Positions 27,149 to 40,121 of a DNA stretch of 64,000 nt are shown here, piece by piece. Under the pieces are notes generated by a model, which saw nothing but the letters and a program-made list of their open reading frames with translations, did not search any database and was not told the DNA's origin. Each line of letters begins with the position of its first letter. Position 1 is the first letter of the stretch. A program made the translations under genes and the position numbers. The stretch is from Azolla caroliniana (taxonomy: Eukaryota; Plantae; Polypodiophyta), in NCBI GenBank assembly GCA_043228905.1, contig JBHGNT010000007.1:2108001-2172000 (forward strand), given 5' to 3'.

Positions 27149-28474
27149 ATTGTGAATGTGGTATTCATGTGTGATTTGTGTGTATGTATGTTCCATACAT
27201 CATATATGTTTGTATGTGGTATGCATGTGTGTTGTTTGTTATGTTTGTGTGTGCGTATGTATATATGTTCCATACATCATATATGTTTATATGTGGTATG
27301 CGTGTCTGTTGTGTTTTATGTTTGTGTGTGTGTATGTATGTTCCATACATCATATATGTTTGTACGTGGTATGCATGTGTTTGTGTGTATGTGTATATAG
27401 GTATTGTATTGCATGTGTATATAGGTATTTGTGTAATATGTATGTACATATTGTATTGTATTCTATTGTATTTATTGTGTATGTATAGCATGTGTGATGT
27501 GTGTTATGTTTGTGTGTGTGTGTGTGTGTACATATTGTATTGTATGTACATATATGTTATGTGTAAATGTGTATGTATGTCAGTGTATATAGGTATGTGT
27601 GTATGTATGTACATATTGTATTGTATTGTATTAATTTTGTTTATTGTATGTATGGCATGTGTGTATGATTGTATACGTTATGTGTGTGGTGTGTGTGTGT
27701 GTGTGTGTGTGTGTGTTTATGTATGTATGTATGTACGTGAGTGTGTGTAAGTCTAAGAATTTATGTGTTGGTTTATGTATGATGTTTGTACTTATGTGTA
27801 CCTGTAAAATATTTGTAGAGTACTTGTGGCAGCCCCGACAGAGAATAACGGTGAGCAAAAGCGGCACGACAAGGCGAGCGGCGGCGGCAGCAAAACGAGA
27901 ACAAAGGCGGCAAAATGAGGACAGAAGCAACAAGGGGAGAAGAGGCGACAATAGCAATGAGGAGAGACGAGGAGGTAGAGCAAAGGAGGAGGCGGCAAAA
28001 ATCTAAATTTAAAAAAACATGAATGTTTGAATATCATGTTTAGTATGAACGAATGTATGTATGTATGTATGTATGTATGTATGTGCACGTAATGTATGCT
28101 TGCATGAATAAACATGAATGAATGTACATATGTGTATATATGTAATATGTAATGTATGTATATTTGTATGTGTATGTGTATGCATAATACATATATGTGT
28201 GTGTGGATGTTTGTTGTAATATGTATGTATGTGTATGTATAATATATATTGTTTGTAAGCATGAGACTACATTTAGTAGTGATGCATAGGGATCGGCAAC
28301 GGCTCGGCTCAAGCCTAAACCGTTTGGCTTAGCCGGCTTGAAAACGGCTTGGCGGCTTGGCGGCTCGGCTCGGCTCAGTTTAGGCTTGAGCCTGCCTTAA
28401 CGGTTTGAGCTTGGCTCGGCTTGGCTTGAGCCTCGCCAAACCGGCTCAAGCCGTTTAAGCCGTTTAAGTGATAT

Positions 28475-28720
28475 AATTAGTAATTAGTAATTAGGTAATA
28501 AGTATTACTAATTAATAATTAGGTAATAGGTATTACTAATTAATAATTAGGTAATAGGTATTACTAATTAATAATTAGGTAATAGGTATTACTAATTAAT
28601 AATTAGGTAATAGGTATTACTAATTAATAATTAGGTAATAGGTATTACTAATTGGTAATTAGGTAATAGGTAATAGGTATTACTAATAGTAATTACTAGT
28701 AATTAGTAATTAGGTAATAG
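28475..28720. repeat. 28-bp tandem repeat inside the hAT
   Basis: AGGTAATAGGTATTACTAATTAATAATT repeated with period 28 (e.g. 28521, 28549). Confidence 0.92.
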
Positions 28721-28761
28721 AATAGGACTCTTGACAGACAGAGTCCATCGACACTATACAC

Positions 28762-28815
<54 letters not shown>

Positions 28816-29230
28816 TACAGACAGACAGATAGAGAGAGATAGAGAGAGGTCAGCTCAGAGCTGCACTCTGAATAGTAGATACTACAAAGTGGAAGACGAG
28901 AACCTGCTGTTGCCGCCTGCGTGCATTGTGCAGCCCCGGGCCCCGACCCCCAAGCCTACAAATTGCATAACTCCATCTATTCTACAAAGGCCTATAGGTA
29001 AGATTCACATTGCACAATATAATTATGAACATATATAAATAATGATACAGTCAAAATTCAATTAAAAATTACTTTACCTCAAGGCTCATATGACATACAT
29101 TAGTAACAAATTTACCCACAATCATTGTAATTTGTCACTATAGTCTACAATGTAGACATATACGAAGTAAGATTCACAATAAAATTATACACATATATGA
29201 ATAATGGTATAGTCAAATACTTTACCTCAT

Positions 29231-30823
29231 ATGACATACATTGTGGCACAATGTAATAACTCACGATTAGACTTCCTAGATGTCTTTCCGGGAGATGGGG
29301 TAGGAAAACGTGTCGGAAAAGCTTTATTCTCCCGTCTAAAATCATTTGGTATCTCTTCACGTCTTCTATCTACAACTTCTGACGGTGCTAGTGAATCTCT
29401 AGTTGCATCAAAAGAATTAGCTAGGTTATTACTTAGTCATCATGGACAAGACATTTTACAATCATCACATATGTTAAGATGCATGGTGCATACATATCAA
29501 CTAGGTGTAAAGTCTGCATTAGAAGTTATTACTCCTTCTACTATGAAGTTAAGGAAGACATTACATTCTATACGCACAAGTAAAGTGAGTAGAGCTATAT
29601 TTAAAAAATATTCAAAAACCATGCATGAGAATGGAGAACATGAACCACCATGTGTAGATTGCATTACTAGATGGAATTCAACCCTAATAATGTATCAACA
29701 ATCCCTAAAATTAAGAGATGTCTTGATTTGTACCACAAGTGACAATGCCATTGCTAATGAGTTTGTGGACCATACACTCTCCATAGAAGATTGGAGTCAT
29801 ATACAAAGTATGGAACAATGGTTGCTTGTGCCTGCTAAAATTTGTAATTACTTGAGTGGGTCAAAGTATCCAACCCTCTCAATAGCCGCGCTTGCATTCA
29901 ACAACTTATTAGCGCATTGTAATAAATATATTTCTATGGATATGAACTCGGTTGATTCACCCTCCGAGAAGATTACCCTTCAAGTGCAACAAGAGGCTAG
30001 TACCAAATGCTTACAATATCTAATCAAGTACCAAGAATTCCTCAAATCTATTCCATCTCGAATCGCAATGTTTGTTGACCCGAGGTACTAATGTTTTTAA
30101 TTGAAATTTCCCCTTTTTTAATCTTTCTTTCTTACTAATATGTTCTTTTGTTTGAGTGTAGAGTTCCAAAACCACCTAATCCAATTGAGAGAGACCTCGA
30201 TATAGAATTGGTGCACAGTTTCTTGACAACCCAATATCATGATCCTAATGTCGAAGATTCTCTATCCGAAGATGCATGCGAAGGATCTCCGTTTGATTTT
30301 TTGGATGTTTGGGATATGAACAATGAGAAATCTCATGAATCATCAGCTCGGACAGAAATTGAAGGTTTCTTGAAGGTTCCACGAGTGAAGAGTACCGTAG
30401 ACCCTCTACATTGGTGGTCTACCAACAGGTTTCAAGCTATATTGCATCATGTTGTATTAAACAAATTTGTTATTGTTGGTAATTAATGAACACATTTTGA
30501 TAGTACCTCTTTTTATGATTTGAAATAGATCCATTTTTCCAAGGATGTATAAAATGGCATGCGATTATTTGGCTATTCCAGCTTCATCAATGCCTTCCGA
30601 GGAAGCTAACTCTGAAGCTCGTGATAACTTCGAAGATAGGCAACGGTTGCATTCATGCACTTTCAAGGCAGAGATGTGCATACGATCTTGGATAGATCTG
30701 CTTGATAGTATAAATATTCCAATTCCTCAAGATATTAATGATGCATATGAATCTTTAGAAATCAATTTAGAAGAGATTATTGTAGAGGATGATGTTATTG
30801 AATACTTGTACTTGGACAAGTGA
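29231..30823 (+). CDS. hAT transposase, N-terminally incomplete (exons to 30084, 30162-30428, 30529-30823)
   Basis: TTSDGAS, RCMVH, TRWNST, DPR and dimerisation-domain LHWW...YLAIPASSMPSE motifs; two GT-AG introns join the three ORFs in frame. Confidence 0.85.
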
Positions 30824-31840
30824 TTTTTTTTGGAATATTATGACTTGGGACAATTATGAGTATCAATTTTTGGAATAGATAACATTTTTGGAATAGACGA
30901 TCAATTTTGGGAATAGATAACATTTTTGGAATAGTCAATTTTTTCTCGTTGTTTTTCTTTAATTATCTATTAGTTAAATTTGCCTTGCATTAGTTAAATT
31001 TTATGTTTTCTTGTTGTTCTTCTCTAGGCCTTGTTATCATTCTTCATTTGGATTGTTCAATGATAAATTGTAGTGGAATTCTGTTATGAAGTTGAATGAT
31101 AAATTGTAACAATATTGTGTTATGAAGTTCACAAACCGGTTTACAAACTGGTTTACAAACCGTTTACCAAGCCGGTTCATAAACCGGTTTAGCCTAAACC
31201 GGTTTAGGGTTCGGTTCGGTTTAGGTTTGAAAATCCCTAAACGGTTTAGGCTTAGCCGGTTTGGCTTGGATAAGGCCAAACCGGCTAAGCCTAAACCGAA
31301 CCGTTACCGATCCCTAGCGATGCATTCCCTTTTATATCTCTTTCTTTCTCTTGTAGTTCATATGTCCGGGACTACACATGGTAGCCGGGATTTTGTATTT
31401 CATTTTTATTCATGTTATATCTCCAACCCTACACTCTATCGCATAGCACGGTGTTATATTTGTCACCGGCTTATGTACTCGCCCCTTGTAAAAATCTTAT
31501 ATTCTAAGCCCTGCCCCTCCCCAACTTTCTCCTATTTTCAGCCCTACCCCTCCCCTACTTTCTCCTATTTCTAGCCCTACCCCTTACCCATTTTTTCCTA
31601 TTCTCATTCAAACCCCTCTCCCACATTTATTTTATTTTTTCTTTAGAATGTTTTCACTTTTATAACTTATCGCTTTTATAGTTTAACTTAAACATTCATA
31701 CCCCTCATATATATGTACATTAATTTTACATACACATACATACATATTACAAACAAACATCCACACACATATATGCATACACATACAAATATACATACAT
31801 TACATATTACATATATACACATATGTACATTCATTCATGT

Positions 31841-31943
31841 TTTTTTTTTCTTTTTAAAGAAGATATCCTGTCATTAGTGTAACCATTTTTACAAGATTTA
31901 AATTCTATGTGATTTGGGGGGGGGGGGGGGGGGGGGGGACAAC
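31841..31943 (-). mobile_element. ~100-bp A-tailed retroposed fragment
   Basis: Reverse complement of 52061-52165; flanked by repeated cattcattcat(g/a)ttt. Confidence 0.6.
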
Positions 31944-34910
31944 CATTCATTCATATTTATTCATGCAAGCATACATATTTTATGCATACATTACATATAT
32001 ATATTCATTCATTCATACATGCATACATTACGTGCACATACATACATACTAAACATAACATTCAAACATTCATGTACAAATGTACATATGTGTATGCATA
32101 TATGTAATGTATGTATGTATGTATGTATGTATGTGTGTGTGTGTGTGTGTGTGTATGTGTGTGTGTGTGTGTGTGTGTGAGCGCGCGAGCACGCGCGCAT
32201 GTGTGTGTGTATGTGTGTAGGTGTATGCATATATCCATATGTCAATGTACATGACTCAATGTATGTGAATGTGTGATTGTAATATATGCATATGCAATGT
32301 ATGTATGTATATGCATGAATGTACATATGTGTATTATGTATATATGTAATATGTAATGTATGTATGTTTGTATATGTATAGTGTATGGCATATGCATATA
32401 TGCATACATGAGTGTGTGGATGTTTGTTCGTAATATTTATGTATATATGTATGTATTGTAGTTTGTGATGATATGTATGTACATATGTAACGTACGTATG
32501 TATGTGTATGTAACGTATTTATGTGTATGCATGTATGTAATGTATGTATATATGTATATATGTGTATGGATGTATGATTGTAAAACTTATGACATTGTAG
32601 GCATATGTATGTATATATATGGTGATATGTGGAATATGTATGTATGTATGTGTATGCATATATGCATTTGTCAATATACATGATTCAATGAGTATGAATG
32701 TGTTTGTAATATGTGCATAATATGTATGTATATGTCCAATGTATGTATGTGTATGTATATGTATGTGTGTATGTGGTCATATGTATGTAAATGTATGAAT
32801 GTATGTATGCGTATATATGTAAATTGTAATGTATTTATGTATGTATATTTTTGGGATATTTTCATGTTTAGTATGTATATGGTTCGTATATGGATGTATG
32901 TTTGTAATATGTACGTAATATGCATGTATATATCCAATGTATGTGTAAGTATACATATACCTAATGTGTGTGTGTATGTAAGTATTGTGGTTTGTATGGT
33001 CCAGTATAATCTATATATACGGTGATATGTGGAATATGTATTTACATATGTAATATATCTATATATGTATATATGTAATTTATGCATGTGTAAATTTGTA
33101 TATTGTGCAATAGGTATGGATTATATGCTATGTAATATCTAATTTATTTATGTGTGTGTGCACGTGTATATATATGTAATATATGTAACTTGTTTGTAAG
33201 TATGAAGATTTAATAACATATAATATGTAGCCTTAGGTATTAATATGTATGTGTATGTGTATATATATAATATGTAATTTATTTTTCTGTGTTTTGTATG
33301 TATATATGCATTTGTGTATGTATGTATGTCATATGTAATTTTATTGTATGTATTATGTTACATGTATATATGTATGTCAATATATATGGTTGAAACTTGA
33401 TTCTAATATGTATGTAGTATGTAATGCATGTATGTATGTGTATGTACATATTTACATATGGTAATACATATTTCGACATATATTTATGTTTAGTCAGTAT
33501 GCATGTATAAATGGGTGTAATGTATGTATATACATATTCATGGATGTAATGTTTGAATGTAGGTATGTATGTATGCTACTCCAAATTTGAGTATTGTTTG
33601 TATAGTATATTCTTTACTATCTCATTGAAATATCTAATATTTCATGGGCTTATGTATTTGTTTTTTCCAGCATAATTGATAATACCCTTATGTAAATATA
33701 TTTTCAAATCTTTATTAATACCCTTATATATATATATTCTGTATCTCACTGATTAAATTAAACCCCTTTTGATGAACTCACGTGCTATCATACAAGTTTT
33801 GACAGTGAAGCCCCCGGGATATTGCCTTTTCTGCCATGCTAAGCTCTTGTTTGGCCGTGGCGACTTGTCCTGCGATCCAACTATAGGATGGGTATCTCTG
33901 TTGGAGGTGTTGTAAGGCTATTAGTCCCCGTTTTGTCCTCTGTCGCTTCTCCTGAGCATCCTTGCGTTTGGTCTTGACAATCTCATGTAGGAGAGTAGAG
34001 GCTCTTGTTAATTTAGCTAAAAGTTTGTCCGATGCCGATGAGCCATTGACGGGTAATGACCATTGGTTGGATAGTTGGTCCTTCACGTCTATAAGTGTGT
34101 AAATAGTGTGTGGGATGCGAGTCGGGAATGGGCCCCATTTTCAGTGCAATTGAAAATGACCAGCTACCGGGTAATGGTCAGAGAAAGTCGTGCCTGGAGT
34201 TATGCGACACCACCCTCCCTTCGCTTCTAAAGCCTCCCCCACATAAATGCGGTCAATGCGAGATAGGGTGGGTCCACTATTCCCCCCGTCTGATCGGGAG
34301 AATAGGAGAGAGTCCCTTTTTCGTTGGAAGTTGGCAGAATGCCATATGTCTCGCAGGTTAAGGTGGACACATAGCTTCTCCCATTGTTTGCGTTCCCTTC
34401 CTTGTAGGACTATGGGGTTGTTGTTGGAACTATCATGAATGGATTCGATCATATTAAAATCCCCTCCAATGCACCACTCTTCCGCACCCACTACTTGTAG
34501 GCAGATGCGGTCCCAGAATGTTGCTCTTTCTGTTCTGTTGTTTGGAGCATAAACATTCATGAAGTTCTATCGTTGCCCTTGGATGGTCAGCGTGCAAAAA
34601 TGTGCCCTACCAGGTATAAGTGATTCTTGGTATATTAAGCCTTGGGCTAGATGTTTCCGAATCAAAGTGCAAATACCACCATGATTTCCATCCTCCCCAA
34701 TTGTTGGCTCCCAAATCGTTCGCCATGATCCTGGTAGAAGGTCTCCGACTTCCTTTAACTGTGTGCTATCGTGGTGGTGTTCCTACAACATGATGATGTC
34801 AGCACCACTCCCTAGTAAATGTTCTTCAAGATCCCTTCTTAGTTTCCATCTATTTTGTTGGTCTAGTCTACTTCTGAGTCCTTGAACGTTCCATGTTATA
34901 ATCTTCATAC

Positions 34911-36781
34911 TCATGGAATGGGGTGGGAGGTTGCCAATTGTGCCTGGTGCTTTGTACAACAGGTCGTGAGTGGGGAGCACTCACCATTTAGACATCCAGA
35001 CATTTCCAGGGATGGAATAGTGGTCCACATCCATGAGTGGAGTTTGTGGGCTATCTTGTGGGCTTCAATCGCCCCTTCATGCTTCTCATAGAAATAGACA
35101 AAGCTTGGAGTTAGTTGGGTGTTTATGATAGTCCGCAGGTGGATGTGGCAAAAATGGGGGTCCTCTTCATCCATGGTGCACCAGAATTCAGTGTTATGCC
35201 AATGTTGCTTTAGTTCATTCATGAGCGCTTCATCTCCTATTTGTGCTACAAAGCATGCTGCTTGGCTACATAACATATCTTTAATCTTGGATTTCGACCA
35301 ATCTTCCTGAGTCGAAAGCAAGAGTGGAAAGGAGATTGAGGTCGTCAGAACTCCGTTATTGTGCACCGCTGATACATGTACCCTTATTTTTTTCACTGCC
35401 TTGAGCCCTATACCTAGCCATTTCAAGGCGTTTTGTGGGTGTGGTTCAAGGTCTTGGCTAGAGGAAGCACACTCATTTGTGTCCGGGACGACTATGATTT
35501 GAGGCATGACATTCACACTTCTGCCTTGGGTTGCTTCTTCTGCATTGGGTGTCGTTCCACTCAAGCTCCTTATTAGGGTCTTTACATGACTTATTCGTTT
35601 GCGTTTCCCTATTTTGTAAGCTTTAACGAGAACTTTCTCTTGGGTGCTTGTGTCACCTTAGGTCATTCCTTGGGGCTTACGAAAGAACTAGGGGAATGCT
35701 CATCTGTGGGGGGGAGCTCTTGTAGTAGATCAAAGCAATTGGGGCTCATAGGCGATGGAGGATTTTGTGCCGGTGATGTTTTTCGAAGGACATGGATTTT
35801 TTCCACCACTCGACATTCCATCACAGCCTTGTCGGGTCGTGGTGGGGGAGGCTTTTGATGTCTTATGGTATCCTGACCTTCCAAAGTCTCCTTTGTAGGA
35901 TCTTTAATACGTCTTGTGGGGCAATTCTTTTTTAAATGACCAAGTTTTTTGCATGCAAAACATTGCCCCGATGCGCCAATCACTTCTATGCGTTGTTCAA
36001 TTCGCATTCCGTTTTTCCCGGGAATGAGGATCTTGGAGGGAAGTTTATTGATGTCCTGCACCAAGAGGCGGATAGAGGGAGGGCCTAGGTGCTTCTTTAG
36101 TCTGTCTGCTAGCGTTAGTTCCTCATCCAACATCATCCCAAAGGAGTTGCCAATAGTAGGAAGTAGCATGTTGTATTCTAAGGATAGTCCAAGAAACAAC
36201 ATTGTTACCTTTTTCATGGAGTCATCCTGTTGTGCGGCTTTCTCTGGGTTAAAACCATGTGTCCATTTACGCATGAACAACCATGTATTACGGACCTGGC
36301 AGGGGGAAAGTGCTATGAGGTTCGTTGCAGACTCCTTGTCTTCTAGTATGATTTGATAGAAGCCTTTACCAAGCGGTTGGACTTCTTTTATACCACGGAG
36401 TTATGAATGAAATTGAGCTTGCAACATATCTCGCAACAACCCTCTGTTTGGTCGTGATCCCATCACTCGGCATATGACCGCTATTCGCTCAAGGCACTCT
36501 ATCTCTTTCTCAAGTAGAAGCATCTCTTCGTTGTTGAAAATAATCTCAACAGGACCCCCGTTATCAGAGATGTTTTTTCTGTTATCGATCGAGGGGCCTG
36601 TTGGTGCAATGTGTTCGACAATGGTGATGTTTGAAGGTGCCATTAGTGATAAAATTGGACTGCGTCTCTTTCTCTTCTTCTTAATTTTTTTTTTTTGAAG
36701 GTTGGGTTCACTCCTCGAACAGTGAACCCCTCGAACTACGCTCCTCGAACACTGTTTTGGGGGGGGCGGTTCACTCCTCAA
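34911..36781 (-). pseudogene. LINE ORF1 (DUF4283-like region, CCHC knuckle, C-terminal extension)
   Basis: Broken ORFs 36401-36781, 35663-36280 and 34911-35564; its stop codon overlaps the ORF2 ATG (ATGA at 34914-34911). Confidence 0.8.
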
Positions 36782-38013
36782 AACCTGCTCCTCCTCGAAC
36801 AGTGGGGGAGGTGTGAGAGGAAACCCTAAATGACGGCCTCCTCACGAAACTGAGGAGGGTGATGCAGCAGCGGCAAGGAGGAGAGGCGCTCCGGCTCCAG
36901 CTCCAGCTCTTGCTCCTGCTCCTACTCCTGCTCTTGCGTTTGTGATCCTTTTGTGTCACAAAGAGGCGTCTCTCGGCCCCTGCTCCGGTTCTTGCTCCTA
37001 TTCCTGCTCCTACTCCACTGCCTACCGGCGCGAGTCAGCCCTCCTGCGCCACTGCTCTCCTATGCCGGGCGGGTCTCCTGGTGAGACGCCCACACCGCAG
37101 ACCTCCGCCGAGGATATACATTTCATTACTATAGAAAGTGCACAAATAAACATAACTACCTCACAAAGATAATGAAATACAAAATAAGTATGAAAAAAAA
37201 AGTTAGTAAAAATTTAGTTTTTAACTTAAAATTTTATGTAAGTAAAAAAATTTACTTTTAATTTAAAATTTAAAACATTAAAATCAAACCTAGAGTTATA
37301 AACTCTTGACGTATGTATTTAATAAAGGTTATTGTTTAAAATTTCAATCAAATTTCCAACTAATATTACTAGTAAAGAAATTAAGAATAAACATTTCAGA
37401 ACATAGTACGTAAAATTCGTGTTCGTCTAGTATAACATTCGTTTTCCTACGTTGGAAAACGAATGCGAATGTTATCCAAACATTCTTGTGTTGTTTTTTG
37501 TTTTTTCCCATTTCTTTAATGTTTTTTTTTTCATTTTTAAGCTTATCTACCTCATAATAAATAGTTAATCCAAAAGTATGGTATTTATCAATCTTTGAGG
37601 GTGTTTTTCTTTCGCGAATGATTGAACCATCAACGAATGCTTTGCACGTATGGTTCACACTATGTTTCAGAATATATATTATTTCAACATGAGAATGATA
37701 TTGTTTAAAATTTCAATCAAATTTCCAACTAATATTATTATTATTAGTAGGGGCCCTTTCCATGAAAAATGGATATTTAAATTTTTGTTTTGGCATTCTT
37801 ATTATGTGTATGACGGTCAAAATGGCACCAAAACAAAAATGGCGTACATGAACACTTGTGTGACACATCTGCTACATCTGCTTTTCGCCTTCCCTCCTTA
37901 AATTCCTTGAACCTTCATCATTCAAGTTTCTATTCCTTCCTTCATCATTCAAGCTGTTGCATATTAAATTCGTAATTCGATCATATATCTTGTAATCCCC
38001 TTGAATTCACACG

Positions 38014-38641
38014 ATGATGGTCCTGAGGAATATGGAGGTGATGGCTTACCCAATTGTCTTGACGCTGGTAAAGTATTTCATCAGTCTCATGATTAGCGGA
38101 TGAATGATGTGTATATGGTATATAATCTGTGATTTCTAACTAATACCTGCCTGAACAGACTTCCCTTTGTATGATCGGTGTCAATATGGAGGCTTTCATT
38201 CACAGCAGTGCAATATTGAAAGACCCGGGAACTCCTTCCACCATATTGCTTTCTTGTGGCTTTTCAGTGAACATTCTGTCGTTTATGTTTAATTTTCAGG
38301 CTGTATGCTACTGTTTGTATGTAATCTTTGTGAAAGCCATGCCTCTTCGATCTGATGTGCTTGAGGCTCACAGTCAAGAAAATGTGGACATTGCCATGTC
38401 CAGAGCTTGCCAGAACCAGTCCCGTGGCATCGGAGCGTTCTTTTATGTCTCCTTCCCTATCTACGTGTGCTTCTTCGTTGGTCCTGTTGCAGCCATACTG
38501 GTTTTGAGCTCCCTCATGATATGCCTCCATTGCTTTGGCAATGCGAGCGACGCGAACACCATTCCGAGTGGTAATCTGGAGGCCCATCAATACAATATTC
38601 ACCCGAGTCCACAATCCGAATTACTCGCTGAAGTAGTGTGA
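38014..38641 (+). CDS. DUF599-like membrane protein, copy 3 (exons 38014-38067, 38159-38641; ~178 aa)
   Basis: Exon 1 MMVLRNMEVMAYPIVLTL, donor GTAAAG, branch-like CTAAC, acceptor CAG|ACT TCC CTT TGT ATG in frame; tail EAHQ...PQSELLAEVV. Confidence 0.87.
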
Positions 38642-38859
38642 GAGATCGGACCTGAATTTTACTCACTTATTCTTGGATTCTTTATAATTTTGAGTTGCCC
38701 CATTGAAAATCAAAACTCGTTTTGGATCAGAATTTATCCAATTCTGCTTGTATATTTTGTACTTAAAAGATACATGATGAGGCCCATTCGGGCTGCTTGG
38801 GAGGATCATGTATTGTCTCCCAACCAGGCAGACTCATGTTACATATGTATATGGGTTTG

Positions 38860-39620
38860 TATAATATATCATTTGTTTTTGTATAATAAAATTTTTGAGT
38901 TTCTTTGTTAACTACCCACATCTTAATCATTCTCAACTATACATATTCCTCATCACAAAATACCACAGATCTGGCGTGACTTTAATATGTAGAAGAAACA
39001 AAGGACCCTAACTACTGCTACTACTACCACTACTACTACTACACACAGATATCGAACCCAGATCTGTAGTGTATTCCCATTCACCATAAGCAAATCTGTG
39101 TATGGCCAGACCACCATAGCTATTATAGCTATGCATTCAGATAACTCTGGCGTGATCATCATGCCCTCCTACCTCTGGCTTTATTAATGGCCTGCGTGAT
39201 CTGTGAATCCCAGGTAAAATAGTTCCGGGAAAATTAAGATAAATAGCTCACCTGTACTTGTACCTGTACCTGTACCTGTTAACAAACGTCATATGGCATC
39301 TTCCTTCCTTCATATGCCATGCCATTTCATTTACTGTCCCATCTCTGGATTAGAACTGGAATCTGTGTATGTATTTATGTACATATACAACAATACCCAG
39401 GGAAAAACATACAGAAGGGGGAACCTATCTTTATCTTATCTTCGAAGATTCTATATTGATTTAATTTGTCCGGACGCCTCATCATCCTTTGTATACGCTT
39501 AAGCTGAAGATCAAGCCACGAGATGGGTTGACTCCCTTGCTTCCTACTTGGGCCTTCATGCACTATGACTCCCTAACTCCCCGAACCACCGAGTCCTTCA
39601 CCAAGCACAATGCCTTAGGA
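38860..39620 (+). repeat. Shared 3'-flank block, + orientation, internally deleted
   Basis: 38990-39145 matches 9905-10040; 39500-39620 matches 16930-17060. Confidence 0.8.
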
Positions 39621-39629
39621 CACGTCATA

Positions 39630-40090
39630 TAGTTTTGCACTACCAACACAAGTTTCCAAATAGACGAAACCACAAGGCAAAAATGAGAGTACACCGAAAT
39701 TTAACGTGGAAAACCCAAAAATGGGAAAAACCATGGAACCTTAGGTTCCGAAACATATTCACTATTTTCTCAGTATACAAGGTGTTGACAACCTCTAGAG
39801 CTTACACTAGAGGTATGCACATATATTTCAAGGCTACAACCTTGGTTACAATATTCACCCCAACGGATGAAATGAACATCAAGAAGAAACCAAAAAAAAA
39901 ACATAAAACAAATAAACCTATTACAAATAGACAGAAGCGTTGTTGTCGACTCTTTGGGTAGTCCGAATAACACCTCGTGAGATCTCCATCTTCACTTCTA
40001 TAACAGGTTCTTGCTCTCTACTGCCCTTTCCTTGAGCTCTCTTACTTGTTTTGTTTTCTTGCAAAAGCTTCACAGCATTCTCACATACAC

Positions 40091-40121
<31 letters not shown>

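Larger units (their letters stand above)
28287..31316 (+). mobile_element. hAT DNA transposon, internally deleted
   Basis: TIRs TAGGGATCGG(C/T)AACGG; TSD gtgatgca/gcgatgca; CGGCT and AAACCG subterminal repeats. Confidence 0.95.
26239..33818. mobile_element. Non-autonomous TIR DNA transposon with CCCGGGG termini and 8-bp TSD, superfamily unassigned
   Basis: TSD ATATTGCC at 26231-26238 and 33819-33826; ends CCCGGGGACTCCACT and (reverse complement) CCCGGGGGCTTCACT; a second inverted match CACGTG(C/A)GTTCAT at equal distance from each end; interior mostly TG/CA/TA-rich. Confidence 0.88.
23037..34914 (-). pseudogene. LINE ORF2 (endonuclease-RT-zf-RVT), frameshifted and interrupted at 26239-33818
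   Basis: Removing the insert and one TSD copy restores ...MAEKAIYDMEFHGSMARWIRVGDKTTKQFF. Confidence 0.9.
22960..37112 (-). mobile_element. Near full-length L1-clade LINE, decayed, split by a DNA transposon
   Basis: ORF1 pieces 36781-34911 (CFACKKLGHLKKNC knuckle); ORF2 endonuclease MKIITWNVQG, GGDFN, SDHYPV; RT WRPITLLN, DFEKAYDRV; CVEC...ESIRHALWDC; (TAAA)n/(TA)n 3' tail near 22960. Ends approximate. Confidence 0.92.

Noticed and set aside
27085-33479. Many C/V/Y/M- or H/T/I-rich ORFs
   Set aside because: Translations of TG/CA/TA microsatellite-like DNA, open on both strands by composition.
22936-37135. TSD for the LINE (ttcattgttata vs ttcattactata)
   Set aside because: AT-rich and mismatched; could be chance, so the LINE ends are left approximate.
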